NCBI GenBank assembly: GCA_938036835.1
Contig: CALHWB010000033.1
Location: 4,815 to 68,814 of the forward strand
Source of the DNA: an uncultured Propionibacterium sp.
GTDB lineage: Bacteria; Actinomycetota; Actinomycetes; Propionibacteriales; Propionibacteriaceae
Reading direction: 5' to 3'
DNA length: 64,000 nucleotides
The position numbers were made by a program, and so were the translations under genes. The notes below the pieces were generated by a model that was not told where the DNA came from, ran no database searches, and worked only from the letters and a program-made list of their open reading frames with translations. Of this stretch, positions 50,321 through 60,767 are shown in pieces (the first letter of the stretch is position 1; each line of letters begins with the position of its first letter).

Positions 50321-53140
50321 TCAGGGTTCGCTGTGCGCGGCCAGCAATTGAGCCAGGGTGATGGCCTGGCCGCCGGTCAGATCGGCCACCTGCTTGCGGC
50401 AACTGAAGCCGTCGGCCAGGATGATCGCCTCCGGCCCGGCAGCGCGAAGCGCGGGCAGCAGGTCGTGCTCGGCCACCTTGACGGAGGTCTCGTAGTGGCC
50501 TCGTTCCACCCCGAAGTTGCCCGCCAGGCCACAGCATCCGCCCAGGCTGATCACGCTGGCCCCGGTGCGGGCCAGCAGCCGGGCATCCGTGGACCAGCCC
50601 AGCACCGACGAGTGATGGCAGTGCGGTTGGGCGACGATGGTGTGCCCGGTCAGATCGGGTGGCTCCCAATCGGCCAGGCCACTCAGCAGTTCGGCGAGGG
50701 TTTTGATACCGCCGGCGACCAGGGGGACGCGGTCGTCGTCCAGTAGCTCGGCGGCGTCGCTGCGCCAGACTGCCAGGCAGCTGGGTTCCATACCGATGAC
50801 CGGGATCTGCTCGCTTACCAGCGGGTACAGCACATCCAGGGCATGGCGTAGCCGCCGGCGGGCGCCGATGAGCTGACCGGTGGTGATCCAGGTCAGTCCG
50901 CAGCAGGCGTCCTGGCCGATCACCTTTGGGATGAAACCGATCCGGACCAGCAGATTCACCAGCGCCGCAAGCTGCTGCCCGGCGAAAGCATCGGTGAACG
51001 AATCCACCCAGATCGCTATCGGGCCGCGGGCGCCGAGAGCCTGGGGCGCCCCGGTCTGCTGCTCGCGGCGGGCTGCCGCACCGGTGCGGAACCTGGGCAT
51101 GGGGCGGCGCTGATCCACCCCCGCCAGGGCGCGCACCAGATGCTTGAAACCCGGAGTCTGCAAGAAGAGATTCGCCAGCCAACCCAGCCGCAAACGGGTG
51201 GTGAGCCGTCCCCAGCTGGGCAGCCAGCCGAGGGCGTAATGCGATATGGGCCGTGGCCTGCCGCGATAGGACTCGTAGAGTACCCGGGACTTGTAGGCGG
51301 CCATATCGATCCCGGTCGGGCAGTCGCGGCGGCAGCCCTTGCAGGCCAGGCAGAGTTCCAGCGCCCGGGCCACCTCGGGTGAGCGCCAGCCCTCGGTGAT
51401 CAGGCTGCCGTTCAGCATCTCCTGCAGGACGCGGGCCCGGCCACGAGTGGCGTCCCGTTCTTCGCCGCTGGCCTGGAAACTCGGGCACATCACCGCGCCG
51501 GATCGGGTGGTGTCGGCGCGGCATTTGCCGACGCCGGTGCACTGGTGCACCTTGCGTGTGAACTCCCAGTCGGCGCGGGCCAGCGGCGAGGCGCGCAACT
51601 GGGCGATCCGCACCTGCCCGGCCAGCGGATCGGGAGCCACCAATACCCCCGGGTTGAGCAGATTCCTGGGGTCGAACAGCGCCTTGACCCGCTCAAACAG
51701 CTCTAGTGCGGTGGGGGAGTACATCAGCGGCAGCAACTCGCTGCGCGCCCGGCCGTCGCCGTGCTCGCCCGACATGGAACCACCATGCCTGGCCACCAGC
51801 TCACCGGCGGCGAACATGAACTCGTGCAGCACCTTGGTGCCGTCGGCGTCGGCGAGCGGGAAATCGATCCGGCAGTGGACGCAGCCCTCGCCGAAATGCC
51901 CGTACGGCAGGCCATGCAGCCCGAAACGGGTCAGCAACCGATCGAATTCGCGCAGGTAGGCGCCCAAACGCTGCGGGGGGACCGCGGCATCCTCCCAGCC
52001 GGCATGGGCCGGCCGGGGGAGCGCCACCGCCGCCAGGCCGGCCGCATCGGTGCGAATCGCCCACATCCTGGCTGCCTGTCCCGGGTCGTCGATCACCCAG
52101 CCCTCGGTGGCCTGCGCGGCCTGCACCATCGCCTCCGCCCGGTGCCGCACCTCGGTGGCGTCCTCGCCAACCAGTTCGATGAACAGCCAGCCGTCGCCGG
52201 CCGGCAGCCCGGGTACCGCATCGGGGCCGAGCCGGTTGGCCACGACATCGACCAGGCGCCGGTCCATGCCCTCGCAGGCGGTCGGTTCGAAAGCCAGCAA
52301 TGCCGGCATGTCGTCTGCGCCGTCGGCCATGGCCGGGTAGCCCAGGGCCACCGTCGTCTTGCAGGCCGCATCGCGGGCGAGCCGGACGGTGGCCCTGGTG
52401 ATGATGCCCAGAGTTCCTTCGGTCCCGGCAAAGAAGGCGGCCGCATCGAAACCACGTTCGGGCAGCAGATGCTCCAGCGAATAGCCGGATACTTGCCGGG
52501 AGAACCGGCCGAACTCGGTGCGGATGGTGGTCAGGTTCGCCAGCACCAGCGCGCGCAGCCGGTCCAGGATCCCGCCCGAGGCCCCGGCCTTCAGGGTGAC
52601 CAATTCACCGGTCCCGGTGACGACCTCCAGTTCGACGATGTTGTCGGCGCTGCGGCCGTATCCCAGGGCGCGCGGCCCGCAGGCATTGTTGCCGATCATG
52701 CCGCCCACCGTGCACCGGTTCGAGGTGGACGGATCGGGCCCGTAACGCCAGCCCTGCGCGGTCACCCGCTGTTGCAGCGCGGCCTGCACCACGCCCGGAT
52801 CCACCACGGCCGTGCCGGCCAGCGCGTCCACCGCCAGCACCTGGTTCAGGTGACGGCTCAGATCGATGACCACCCCCGGCCCCACCGCGTTCCCGGCGCA
52901 GGAGGTGCCAGCGCCTCGCGCGGTCACCGGGAGCCCGGCGGCCAGCGCGGCCCGTACCGTGGCGATCAACTCCGCCCGGTTCCGGGGCTTGGCCACCACC
53001 TCGGGGACTACTCGATACAGGGAAGCGTCGGTGGCGTACATGGCCCGGGTCAGCCGGGAGCCATCCACGATGGTGGGATCGGGCAATGCGGCCCGGAAAG
53101 CCTCCACAGCCTGCGCCGCAGCGTCGTGCCCGGGGCTCAC
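50321..53140 (-). CDS. FAD-binding and Fe-S oxidoreductase (alpha-hydroxyacid dehydrogenase-like)
   Basis: YATDASLY, RGAGTS, GEHGDG, CTGVGKC, CLACKGC, CCG motifs. Confidence 0.9.
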   Translation of the reverse strand: MSPGHDAAAQAVEAFRAALPDPTIVDGSRLTRAMYATDASLYRVVPEVVAKPRNRAELIATVRAALAAGLPVTARGAGTSCAGNAVGPGVVIDLSRHLNQVLAVDALAGTAVVDPGVVQAALQQRVTAQGWRYGPDPSTSNRCTVGGMIGNNACGPRALGYGRSADNIVELEVVTGTGELVTLKAGASGGILDRLRALVLANLTTIRTEFGRFSRQVSGYSLEHLLPERGFDAAAFFAGTEGTLGIITRATVRLARDAACKTTVALGYPAMADGADDMPALLAFEPTACEGMDRRLVDVVANRLGPDAVPGLPAGDGWLFIELVGEDATEVRHRAEAMVQAAQATEGWVIDDPGQAARMWAIRTDAAGLAAVALPRPAHAGWEDAAVPPQRLGAYLREFDRLLTRFGLHGLPYGHFGEGCVHCRIDFPLADADGTKVLHEFMFAAGELVARHGGSMSGEHGDGRARSELLPLMYSPTALELFERVKALFDPRNLLNPGVLVAPDPLAGQVRIAQLRASPLARADWEFTRKVHQCTGVGKCRADTTRSGAVMCPSFQASGEERDATRGRARVLQEMLNGSLITEGWRSPEVARALELCLACKGCRRDCPTGIDMAAYKSRVLYESYRGRPRPISHYALGWLPSWGRLTTRLRLGWLANLFLQTPGFKHLVRALAGVDQRRPMPRFRTGAAARREQQTGAPQALGARGPIAIWVDSFTDAFAGQQLAALVNLLVRIGFIPKVIGQDACCGLTWITTGQLIGARRRLRHALDVLYPLVSEQIPVIGMEPSCLAVWRSDAAELLDDDRVPLVAGGIKTLAELLSGLADWEPPDLTGHTIVAQPHCHHSSVLGWSTDARLLARTGASVISLGGCCGLAGNFGVERGHYETSVKVAEHDLLPALRAAGPEAIILADGFSCRKQVADLTGGQAITLAQLLAAHSEP

Positions 53141-53661
53141 CGGGTGTCGTCCACGGCGTTGGTGGTCGGGGCCTCGGCGTCTGCCACCGGGATGGGCTGA
53201 TGGGGTATCCCGGCGGTGTCCAGCACCGCCCGCATGGCTCGCCCCAGCACTCGCCAGTCCTCCGGGTCGATCGGGTCGAGCAGCGCGCGACGTACCGATT
53301 CCACATGGTCGATCGATGCCTGGCGGAGTTTCTCGTAACCGGCGTCGGTCAAGGTGGCGACCACGCCGCGGCGATCCTCGCTGGCGGTCTCGCGGACCAC
53401 CAGGCCGGCGCGTTCCATCCGCCCAATGGTGTGGGTCAGCCGGGAACGCGACTGGTTGGCGCCTTGGGCCACCTGCGACATGCGCATGCTGTGGTTCGGT
53501 GCTTCGGACAGGACCACGAGCACCTCGTACTCGTTCAGATCCAGTTGATGAGCCCGAAGGTCGGAGTTGAACCTGTCGGTCGTCCAGGCGATCACCCGGA
53601 GCCAATCCCGCCAGATACGCTGTTGCTCTGGGGTCAACCACCTCGGCTCTCGATCCGGCAT
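53137..53661 (-). CDS. MarR family regulator
   Basis: EYEVLVVL...SRSRLTHTIGRMERAGLV...DRRG..LT. Confidence 0.9.
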   Translation of the reverse strand: MPDREPRWLTPEQQRIWRDWLRVIAWTTDRFNSDLRAHQLDLNEYEVLVVLSEAPNHSMRMSQVAQGANQSRSRLTHTIGRMERAGLVVRETASEDRRGVVATLTDAGYEKLRQASIDHVESVRRALLDPIDPEDWRVLGRAMRAVLDTAGIPHQPIPVADAEAPTTNAVDDTR

Positions 53662-53782
53662 GAAAGCATCCTACCCGCGGATGATGCGATCACGGCCGGG
53701 GGGTCGCCCCGTAATCGCGGCTGCGATTAGGATTCGTGACAGCCCGGCCATGCCCGGCCGAGTCTCGCCGCCGAGGAGCATC

Positions 53783-55654
53783 ATGGATTCGTCCCAGCCG
53801 CAGCTTGCCGCCGAAATCATGGCGGCCACTCCGGTGAACTACCCGACCATGTTCCGGGACCGGGTGGCCGGTGCTCCGCGAACGACGGCCTTTCTGGTGC
53901 CCGGCCGGGATGGCTGGCGCGCGGTGAGCTGGGCCGAGGTACGCCAGATCGTGGACCGGGCGGCCGCTGGCTTCGTGACGCTCGGCCTGCAACCCGAGCA
54001 GCGGGTGGCCATCGCCAGCACTACCCGGTTCGAGTGGGTACTGGCCGATCTGGGTATCGCCTGCGCGGCCGGGGCGACCACCACGGTGTATCCCAATACC
54101 ACCGCCGAAGAGGTGCGCTACATCGTGACCGATTCGCAATCCCGGATGCTGGTGGTCGAGAACACCGAACAGCTCGACAAGGTGCTGCGGTTGCCCGAAC
54201 TCCGCGAACAGGTCAGCCACATCATCCTGGTGGACGACGACCGGGCCGCCGGCAGCCACCTGGACGACCGGGTGCTGACCTGGGCTCAACTGCTGGAGCT
54301 CGGTGCCGCGCGGCTCACCGCAGACCCCGAGTGCGTCGACCGGGCCATCGCCACCGTCGGCCCGGACAGCCTTTCGACGCTCATCTATACCTCGGGCACC
54401 ACCGGGCGCCCCAAGGGCGTTGAACTGCTGCATCGCAACTGGACTTACGAGGGGTTCGCGATGAAGTACCTGGATTTCGTGACCGAGGACGATCTGCTCT
54501 ATCTGTGGCTGCCATTCAGCCATGTGTTCGGGCGTGACCTGCTGGCGGTACAGCTGGCGATCGGTTTCCGGGCAGCCGTCGACGGCCGGGTGGACCACAT
54601 CATGCAGGGTCTGCAGGAAACCCGGCCGACGATTCTGGTGGGGGTGCCCCGGATCTTCGAGAAGGTGCGCGCCGCGGTGCTGACGATGTACCCGCAGAAC
54701 GGCTTGAAAGGCCGGATTTCGCGGTGGGCGTTCAAGGTGGGACGCGAATCCAACGGCTACCGGTTGGCCGGCCGGCCACTGCCCACCGTGCTCGGGCTGC
54801 GCTATCGGATCGCCGACCGGCTGGTGTTCGGCAGGCTGAAACAGCGACTCGGCGGCCGGATGCGGTTCATGATTTCCGGCTCGGCCAAGCTGGCACGCCA
54901 GGTGCAGGACTGGTTCTACGCGGCCGGGATCACGATCGTCGAGGGCTACGGGGCCACCGAGACCTCGGCGATCGCATTCGTCGACCATCGGTACGCCCGG
55001 CCCCGGTTCGGTACGGTTGGCCCGGTCACCCCGGGCATGGCGGTGCGGATCGCCGAGGACGGCGAGGTGCTGCTCAGCGGACCGATCGTCGCGCGTGGTT
55101 ATCACCGCATGCCGGAGGAAACCGCGGCCGCCTTCATCGACGGCTGGTATCACACCGGCGATATCGGCACGTTGGACGCCGACGGTTGCCTGACCATCAC
55201 CGACCGCAAGAAGGATCTGTTCAAGACATCCAATGGCAAGTTCGTGGCGCCGCAGAAGGTCGAGAACACCGTCATGGCCAGCATTCCCTATATCAGCCAG
55301 GTGGTGGTGATCGGGGAGAACCGCAAGTACGTCACCGCGCTGGTGGCCCTCGATCCGGCGGCATTGGCGAAGTGGGCCGGCCGGCGGGGCCGCGGCGGTC
55401 TGGGCTATCGCGAACTGACCCAGCTACCGGAGATCCGGGCATCCATCGAACGGCTGATGCGCAAGGCGAATCGCCGGCTCGAACGTTGGGAGCAGGTGAA
55501 GCGTTTCACCATCCTGGACGGCGAGCTTAGCCTGGCCGAGGGCACCTTGACGCCTAGCCTCAAGGTGCGGCGCGATGAGGTGCGTAAGGTGTACGCCGGC
55601 CAGATCGAGGCAATGTATGCCGACGATCCCAGCACCGGGGTGGCCGGCCAGTGA
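53783..55654 (+). CDS. Long-chain fatty acid-CoA ligase
   Basis: IYTSGTTGRPKG, EGYGATE, TGDIG, DRKKD. Confidence 0.92.
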   Translation: MDSSQPQLAAEIMAATPVNYPTMFRDRVAGAPRTTAFLVPGRDGWRAVSWAEVRQIVDRAAAGFVTLGLQPEQRVAIASTTRFEWVLADLGIACAAGATTTVYPNTTAEEVRYIVTDSQSRMLVVENTEQLDKVLRLPELREQVSHIILVDDDRAAGSHLDDRVLTWAQLLELGAARLTADPECVDRAIATVGPDSLSTLIYTSGTTGRPKGVELLHRNWTYEGFAMKYLDFVTEDDLLYLWLPFSHVFGRDLLAVQLAIGFRAAVDGRVDHIMQGLQETRPTILVGVPRIFEKVRAAVLTMYPQNGLKGRISRWAFKVGRESNGYRLAGRPLPTVLGLRYRIADRLVFGRLKQRLGGRMRFMISGSAKLARQVQDWFYAAGITIVEGYGATETSAIAFVDHRYARPRFGTVGPVTPGMAVRIAEDGEVLLSGPIVARGYHRMPEETAAAFIDGWYHTGDIGTLDADGCLTITDRKKDLFKTSNGKFVAPQKVENTVMASIPYISQVVVIGENRKYVTALVALDPAALAKWAGRRGRGGLGYRELTQLPEIRASIERLMRKANRRLERWEQVKRFTILDGELSLAEGTLTPSLKVRRDEVRKVYAGQIEAMYADDPSTGVAGQ

Positions 55655-56514
55655 ACTGGTTCCCGGGCCGAATCCAGCCGCGCTTCACCGACCTTGACCC
55701 ACAGGGGCATGTGAACAACGTGGTGGTGGTCGACTACCTCCAGCAGGCGCGTGCCCAGTTCCTGCTGTCCGGCCCGGCCGCCGGGCTGCTGGATTCGGGT
55801 TGCCTGGTCGTGGGGCACCAGGTCGAGTATCTGGCCCCGATCGGCTGGTCGGCCGAACCGGTCGCGGTGGAGTTGCATGTCGACCGGCTGGGCGCGGCCA
55901 GGTTCGTGATCGCCTATCGCATCCGGCAGCGGGGCCGGATCTGCGTGCGGGCCCGGACCACGCTGTGCCCCTTCGATTTCGATCGGTCCGGCCCGCGCCG
56001 GCTGACCGGGGTGGAACGGGACTTTCTGGCGTCCTGGCTCGTCCCGGAGCCCTCGATACGCGAACTGCGTGCCCCGCGCCTGGCCGGCCGCGGCGTGCCA
56101 TATCGGATGCAGACCCGCTGGTCGGACCAGGATCGCTATGGCCACATCAACAACGTGCGGCACCTGGACTATGTGATGGCCGCGCGGATCCACACCACCG
56201 CGAGCGCCGATCCGTCGATGACCAGGATGGGCGCCGGTGGCGTCCAGGACCGCCAGTGGCTGATCGCCCGGCAGGACATCGACTATCTGGCCCAGATGGA
56301 GTTCCGTACCCGGCCCCATCTGGTGCTGACCGCGCCGACCCGGCTGGGCACCAGCTCGGTGGTGCTGGCCAGCGAGATCACCGATGAGGACGCGACCGTC
56401 TACGCCCGGGCGCGTGCGGTGCTGGTCTGCGCCGATGCCCGGGGACGCAAACAGCCGCTGCCCTACCCGGCCAGGACGGCCCTGGCCGCCATCCTGGTCG
56501 ACGACCCGCTATAA
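55651..56514 (+). CDS. Tandem hot-dog acyl-CoA thioesterase
   Basis: DLDPQGHVNN and DQDRYGHINN. Confidence 0.85.
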   Translation: MNWFPGRIQPRFTDLDPQGHVNNVVVVDYLQQARAQFLLSGPAAGLLDSGCLVVGHQVEYLAPIGWSAEPVAVELHVDRLGAARFVIAYRIRQRGRICVRARTTLCPFDFDRSGPRRLTGVERDFLASWLVPEPSIRELRAPRLAGRGVPYRMQTRWSDQDRYGHINNVRHLDYVMAARIHTTASADPSMTRMGAGGVQDRQWLIARQDIDYLAQMEFRTRPHLVLTAPTRLGTSSVVLASEITDEDATVYARARAVLVCADARGRKQPLPYPARTALAAILVDDPL

Positions 56515-56574
56515 TGCCTCGTCCCGGGATCGCCCACGGTGCCGAGCGTGCCCGGGACGAGCAGGTTGATGAAC

Positions 56575-58017
56575 TCAGTCGTCCGAAACCTTGGTCTCGC
56601 CACGATCTCCCGACCATTCGAGATGGTAGTGGCCCGGCATGTCGACCCGCTCGTAGGTGTGCGAGCCGAAATAGTCCCGCAGGCCCTGGGTGACCGCGGC
56701 ATTGTTCCGGGGTGCCCGGGCCATGTCGTAGTAGGCCAGCGAACTGGCGAACACCGGGGCCGGTATCCCGGCCTGGGCCGCCGTCGCCACCACCCGGCGC
56801 CAGGCATCCTGGTAGTCGGCCAGTTTGGGAGCGATCGACGGGGCGGCCAGCAACGAAACCAGTTCGGGATTCGCCGAATACTCCTGCCGGATGTTCTCCA
56901 GCAGCTTGGCCCTGATGATGCAGCCGTCCCGCCAGATCCTGGCGCAATCGGCGACGGCTATGTGCCAGCCGAACTCACCGCCGCCGGTGCGGATCTCGTC
57001 GAAGCCCTGCGAATAGGCCACCACCTTGGACGCCCACAGTGCCTGCCGGACGTCTTCGACGAAGGCCGCTCTGTCGCCGATTTGCAGGGTCCGGTTGGGG
57101 CCTGCCAGCCCGGCGGCAGCGGTTCGCAGATCGACGTGGCTGGACAGTGCGCGGGCAAAGACCGATTCGGCGATGCCATTCACCGGCACACCCAGTTCGA
57201 GGGCGGTCATGACGGTCCAGGTGCCGGTTCCCTTCATGCCGGCGCGATCCTTGATCACCTCGACCAGGGGGCCACCGGTCTGCGGGTCGGTCTGGGCCAG
57301 CATGTCTGCGGTGATCTCGATCAGGTAGCTGGACAGCTCACCCCGATTCCACTCCCGGAAGATCGCTGCCGCCTCGGCGGTGCCGATGCCGGCGGCCTTG
57401 AGCAGCTCATAGGCTTCGCCGATCACCTGCATGTCGGAATATTCGATGCCGTTGTGGATCATCTTCACGAAATGCCCGGCGCCATTCGGGCCGATCCAGG
57501 TGCAGCAGGGTTCGTCGCCGACCTTGGCCGAGATGGCCTCCAGCATCGGGCCGAGGATCTGATAACTCTCGGGGGTGCCACCCGGCATGATCGCGGGCCC
57601 GGTCAGGGCGCCGTATTCGCCGCCGGAGATACCGGTGCCGACGAAGTGGAAACCTCGATCGGCGATTTCCCGTTCCCGGCGAATAGTGTCCCGGAAGTAT
57701 GAGTTGCCCCCGTCCATTACGATGTCGCCCTGGTCAAGATGTGGCAGCAGCTCGGCGATGGTCGCGTCCGTGGCGGCTCCGGCCTTGACCATCAGGATGA
57801 TCGACCGCGGCCGGGCGATCGAGCCTACGAACTCGGCGACGGTCTTGCCGCCGAGGAACTCGCCCTCGGCACCGTGCTCGTCCAGGACCTGCTGGGTCTT
57901 TGCCCAGGTGCGATTGAACAGGGCCACGGTGTAGCCGCGGCTGGCCAGATTGCGGGCCAGATTGGAACCCATCACGGCCATCCCGACGACGCCGACATCG
58001 GCCTTCTTATCGGACAT
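56575..58017 (-). CDS. gnd: NADP-dependent 6-phosphogluconate dehydrogenase
   Basis: GMAVMGSNLARN, DGGN, GHFVKMIHNGIEY, LRDYFGSHTY. Confidence 0.96.
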   Translation of the reverse strand: MSDKKADVGVVGMAVMGSNLARNLASRGYTVALFNRTWAKTQQVLDEHGAEGEFLGGKTVAEFVGSIARPRSIILMVKAGAATDATIAELLPHLDQGDIVMDGGNSYFRDTIRREREIADRGFHFVGTGISGGEYGALTGPAIMPGGTPESYQILGPMLEAISAKVGDEPCCTWIGPNGAGHFVKMIHNGIEYSDMQVIGEAYELLKAAGIGTAEAAAIFREWNRGELSSYLIEITADMLAQTDPQTGGPLVEVIKDRAGMKGTGTWTVMTALELGVPVNGIAESVFARALSSHVDLRTAAAGLAGPNRTLQIGDRAAFVEDVRQALWASKVVAYSQGFDEIRTGGGEFGWHIAVADCARIWRDGCIIRAKLLENIRQEYSANPELVSLLAAPSIAPKLADYQDAWRRVVATAAQAGIPAPVFASSLAYYDMARAPRNNAAVTQGLRDYFGSHTYERVDMPGHYHLEWSGDRGETKVSDD

Positions 58018-58278
58018 ATGCTGTTTCTCCTTGTTATATTGGGCTGCTGCGCGATGGGCCGCTACCCGACGACGGTGTCTTGCTACTCGGCCCGGCACTG
58101 GGATACTGCCTGCTTGCCCATGGCTTTGGCAACCAGCCTGCGGACGTGCCGGGCAGCCCGGCGTGCTTCCAGGGTAGGGTTTGGCCGGGCTCCCGGAAAG
58201 CCGCCGGCAGCTAGTTGCCAAGTTTGGCATCCCTTGTCGCGGCGCGTTGGGCGCTTCATGACGCGTTGTTAGGTCCAG

Positions 58279-59316
58279 GTGGATAGAGTGAATCGGGTGG
58301 AGCAACCAACCGGGAACGAGAAGGCCGCGACGATCTATGATGTTGCGACCGCGGCGGGAGTAAGCCCGTCCACCGTCTCGCGCGCGTTCTCGCGCCCCGG
58401 CAGAGTGAGCGCCAAGACCTCGGCCAGAATACACCGGGTGGCGGCCGAACTGGGCTATCGGGCGCCCCAGGCCCTGCGGTCGGAGGGCACCAGGGCGTCC
58501 AAGCTGCTTGGCATCGCGTTGACGGATATCACCAACCCGTTCTTCTTTTCGATCATCCGGGGGGCCGAGCATGTCGCGGTGAGCGAGGGCTACGCGATCA
58601 TGCTGGTCGATGCGCAGGAATCCGAGGAATTGGAGCGGCGGCTGTTCGATCGGACGCTGCCTTTGCTGGATGGTGTGATCGTGGCGACCTCCCGGCTGTC
58701 GGATGCCGCGCTGCGATCCACGGCCCGGACCACTCCGACGGTGGTGCTGAACCGGCTCGTGCCGGGGGTGTATTCGGTGGTGACGGACAATCCTCGCGGC
58801 ATGCGAAGGGCTCTTGAGCATCTGGCGGAACTGGGCCACCGCCGAGTCGCCTATGTCTCGGGGCCCATCGCTTCCTGGGCCGATAGCGCGCGCTGGCGGG
58901 CTTTCCGGGAAGCCTGCTTCGAACTCGATCTCACCGAATACCGTATCGGTCCCACTGCCCCCACGGTGCGTGGCGGCATGGCCATCTTCTCTCAACTGCG
59001 CGAGAAACCGATCACGGCCGTGGTCTGTTTCAACGACATGATCAGCATCGGGGTGATGCGTGCCGCGAAGGCTGCCGGGCTGGTGATTCCCAGCGATCTC
59101 TCGGTGGTCGGTTTCGATAATATCTTCGCTTCTGACCTGGTCACTCCGGGACTGACGACGGTTGCCGCTCCGCTGAGCCTGTTGGGGGAGCGGGCCGCCC
59201 GGGCGGTGATCGCGCTGGCGACCGAGCAGACCCCGGAGTCGGGCGCCGATGTGCCGGTGGTGTTGCCCATGCGGTTGATGATTCGTGAATCCACCGGGAC
59301 GGTGCCGCGCCGCTGA
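58279..59316 (+). CDS. LacI family regulator
   Basis: TIYDVA..AGVSPSTVSR, NPFF, DLSVVGFDN. Confidence 0.93.
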   Translation: MDRVNRVEQPTGNEKAATIYDVATAAGVSPSTVSRAFSRPGRVSAKTSARIHRVAAELGYRAPQALRSEGTRASKLLGIALTDITNPFFFSIIRGAEHVAVSEGYAIMLVDAQESEELERRLFDRTLPLLDGVIVATSRLSDAALRSTARTTPTVVLNRLVPGVYSVVTDNPRGMRRALEHLAELGHRRVAYVSGPIASWADSARWRAFREACFELDLTEYRIGPTAPTVRGGMAIFSQLREKPITAVVCFNDMISIGVMRAAKAAGLVIPSDLSVVGFDNIFASDLVTPGLTTVAAPLSLLGERAARAVIALATEQTPESGADVPVVLPMRLMIRESTGTVPRR

Positions 59317-59345
59317 GCCGAGACCAGCCCGGGTCGGCCGGGGGC

Positions 59346-60617
59346 TCAGGCGATGGGACGCTCGGATTCCAGCCGGAACAGCACCTCACCGGCATCCTTG
59401 ATGACGGTGTAGCCGGGGTCGGCCATCAGTGCCGGGATGGTTGCCGGGTCACGATAGCCGGCGTTGACCGCCGCGCAGGTCTCGGGTGGGATCGCGGTGG
59501 CGAAGGTCAGTTTCAACCGGCAGCTTTCCACTGCGGTCTGCGCATCGTAGCTGCCTGCCCCGCGGGCGTGGGTGGAATGGGCCAGTACCCCCCAGGGCAC
59601 CTGCTTGAATGCGTCCCACTGCTTGACGTAGTAGTCGCGGCAGTGATAGCCGATCTGGTAGATCTCGGGATGGGCTTGGGAGATGGTGTCGATGTGCGGG
59701 GCGTAGATGATGATCTCCCCGCCGTCGGCCACGGCAGGTTCGGTCTTGTAGAAACCCTTGGCGGCCGTCCAGATGTCGTGATACCGCGGTGGAATCTCGG
59801 CGATCACGTTCTTGAACGGCTCGGCCACGTATTCGATGTGGGTCTTCGCGGTCACCTGGGCCTGGGCAGACCAGGCGTCCTGCGGCGAACCGAAGGAGGC
59901 CGATTCGATTTCAGCGGAGTGGGCCTTGATCACGAACGCCAGGCAGTATTTCTCGCCCGGGATCAGGCTGGCGCCCTCGTCGATCATGGCCCGGACTGGG
60001 GTACTGCCGGGTGAGCCGATCATTTTCGCCGAGGTGATCAGGGCACCCACCCAGTGGGTTATGTCGATCAGTTCGTGCGCGGCGCAGCCCGGGACGAAGT
60101 ACTTGTTGCCTCCGGAGATACCGACCACCTCGTGCGGCAGAATCGGCCCGACGACGAGTTTCACATCGGCCTCGACGACGGTCTTGTTGATCAGCACCTC
60201 GGCGGCCCTGGCCAGCCGGCCCTCCGACAACTCGGCGATCCGTTCGGCCGGTATGGTGCCGATGCCGACCAACTGGCCGGGGTCTTTCCACCGGTGGTTG
60301 ACTATCGGCATGCCGGGATACACCTCGGCCGGATCGGCGTCGGGATCCCCAGCGGCCCAGGAGGCGATCTGCCGCGCGGTCAGGTATTCGTGAGTGCCTA
60401 AGGCGATCACGCACACCGTGCTTGCCGCCCGGCCGGCGATCGCCTTGTGAACGGCCCGCAGAATCCTGGGCATGGGACAGCTGCGGGTATCGTCCGGGAT
60501 GATGATGCACAGCCGCTTGCCCGTCAGATCCAACTGGCCGAGTTGGGTGGCCACGAAGGTTTCGAACTCTTCGATCCCGATGCGGCACCCGGGCCCTCCG
60601 ATGGTCGGCACTGGCAT
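59346..60617 (-). CDS. LarA (lactate racemase) superfamily protein, possible sugar-acid 2-epimerase
   Basis: IIPDDTR, ALGTH, NHRW, PHEVVGISGGNKY. Confidence 0.8.
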   Translation of the reverse strand: MPVPTIGGPGCRIGIEEFETFVATQLGQLDLTGKRLCIIIPDDTRSCPMPRILRAVHKAIAGRAASTVCVIALGTHEYLTARQIASWAAGDPDADPAEVYPGMPIVNHRWKDPGQLVGIGTIPAERIAELSEGRLARAAEVLINKTVVEADVKLVVGPILPHEVVGISGGNKYFVPGCAAHELIDITHWVGALITSAKMIGSPGSTPVRAMIDEGASLIPGEKYCLAFVIKAHSAEIESASFGSPQDAWSAQAQVTAKTHIEYVAEPFKNVIAEIPPRYHDIWTAAKGFYKTEPAVADGGEIIIYAPHIDTISQAHPEIYQIGYHCRDYYVKQWDAFKQVPWGVLAHSTHARGAGSYDAQTAVESCRLKLTFATAIPPETCAAVNAGYRDPATIPALMADPGYTVIKDAGEVLFRLESERPIA

Positions 60618-60767
60618 GACGGCTCCCGTTGATTCTGCTGATTGCGGTTGGCTCGCAGCCTAGCGGCATTGGCCGGCCCGGCACCCGGTGCGCGACTCAT
60701 CGGGTCGGTGTTGCCGCAATTTGGCAACCGTGCGGCCGGCCGAGGCCGTGTACACCAGAATGTGCCC

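Noticed and set aside
50321..58995. Long N-terminal extensions of the oxidoreductase (to 53641) and Gnd (to 58995)
   Set aside because: These are GC-rich open frames overlapping marR and lacI; homology starts at 53140 and 58017.
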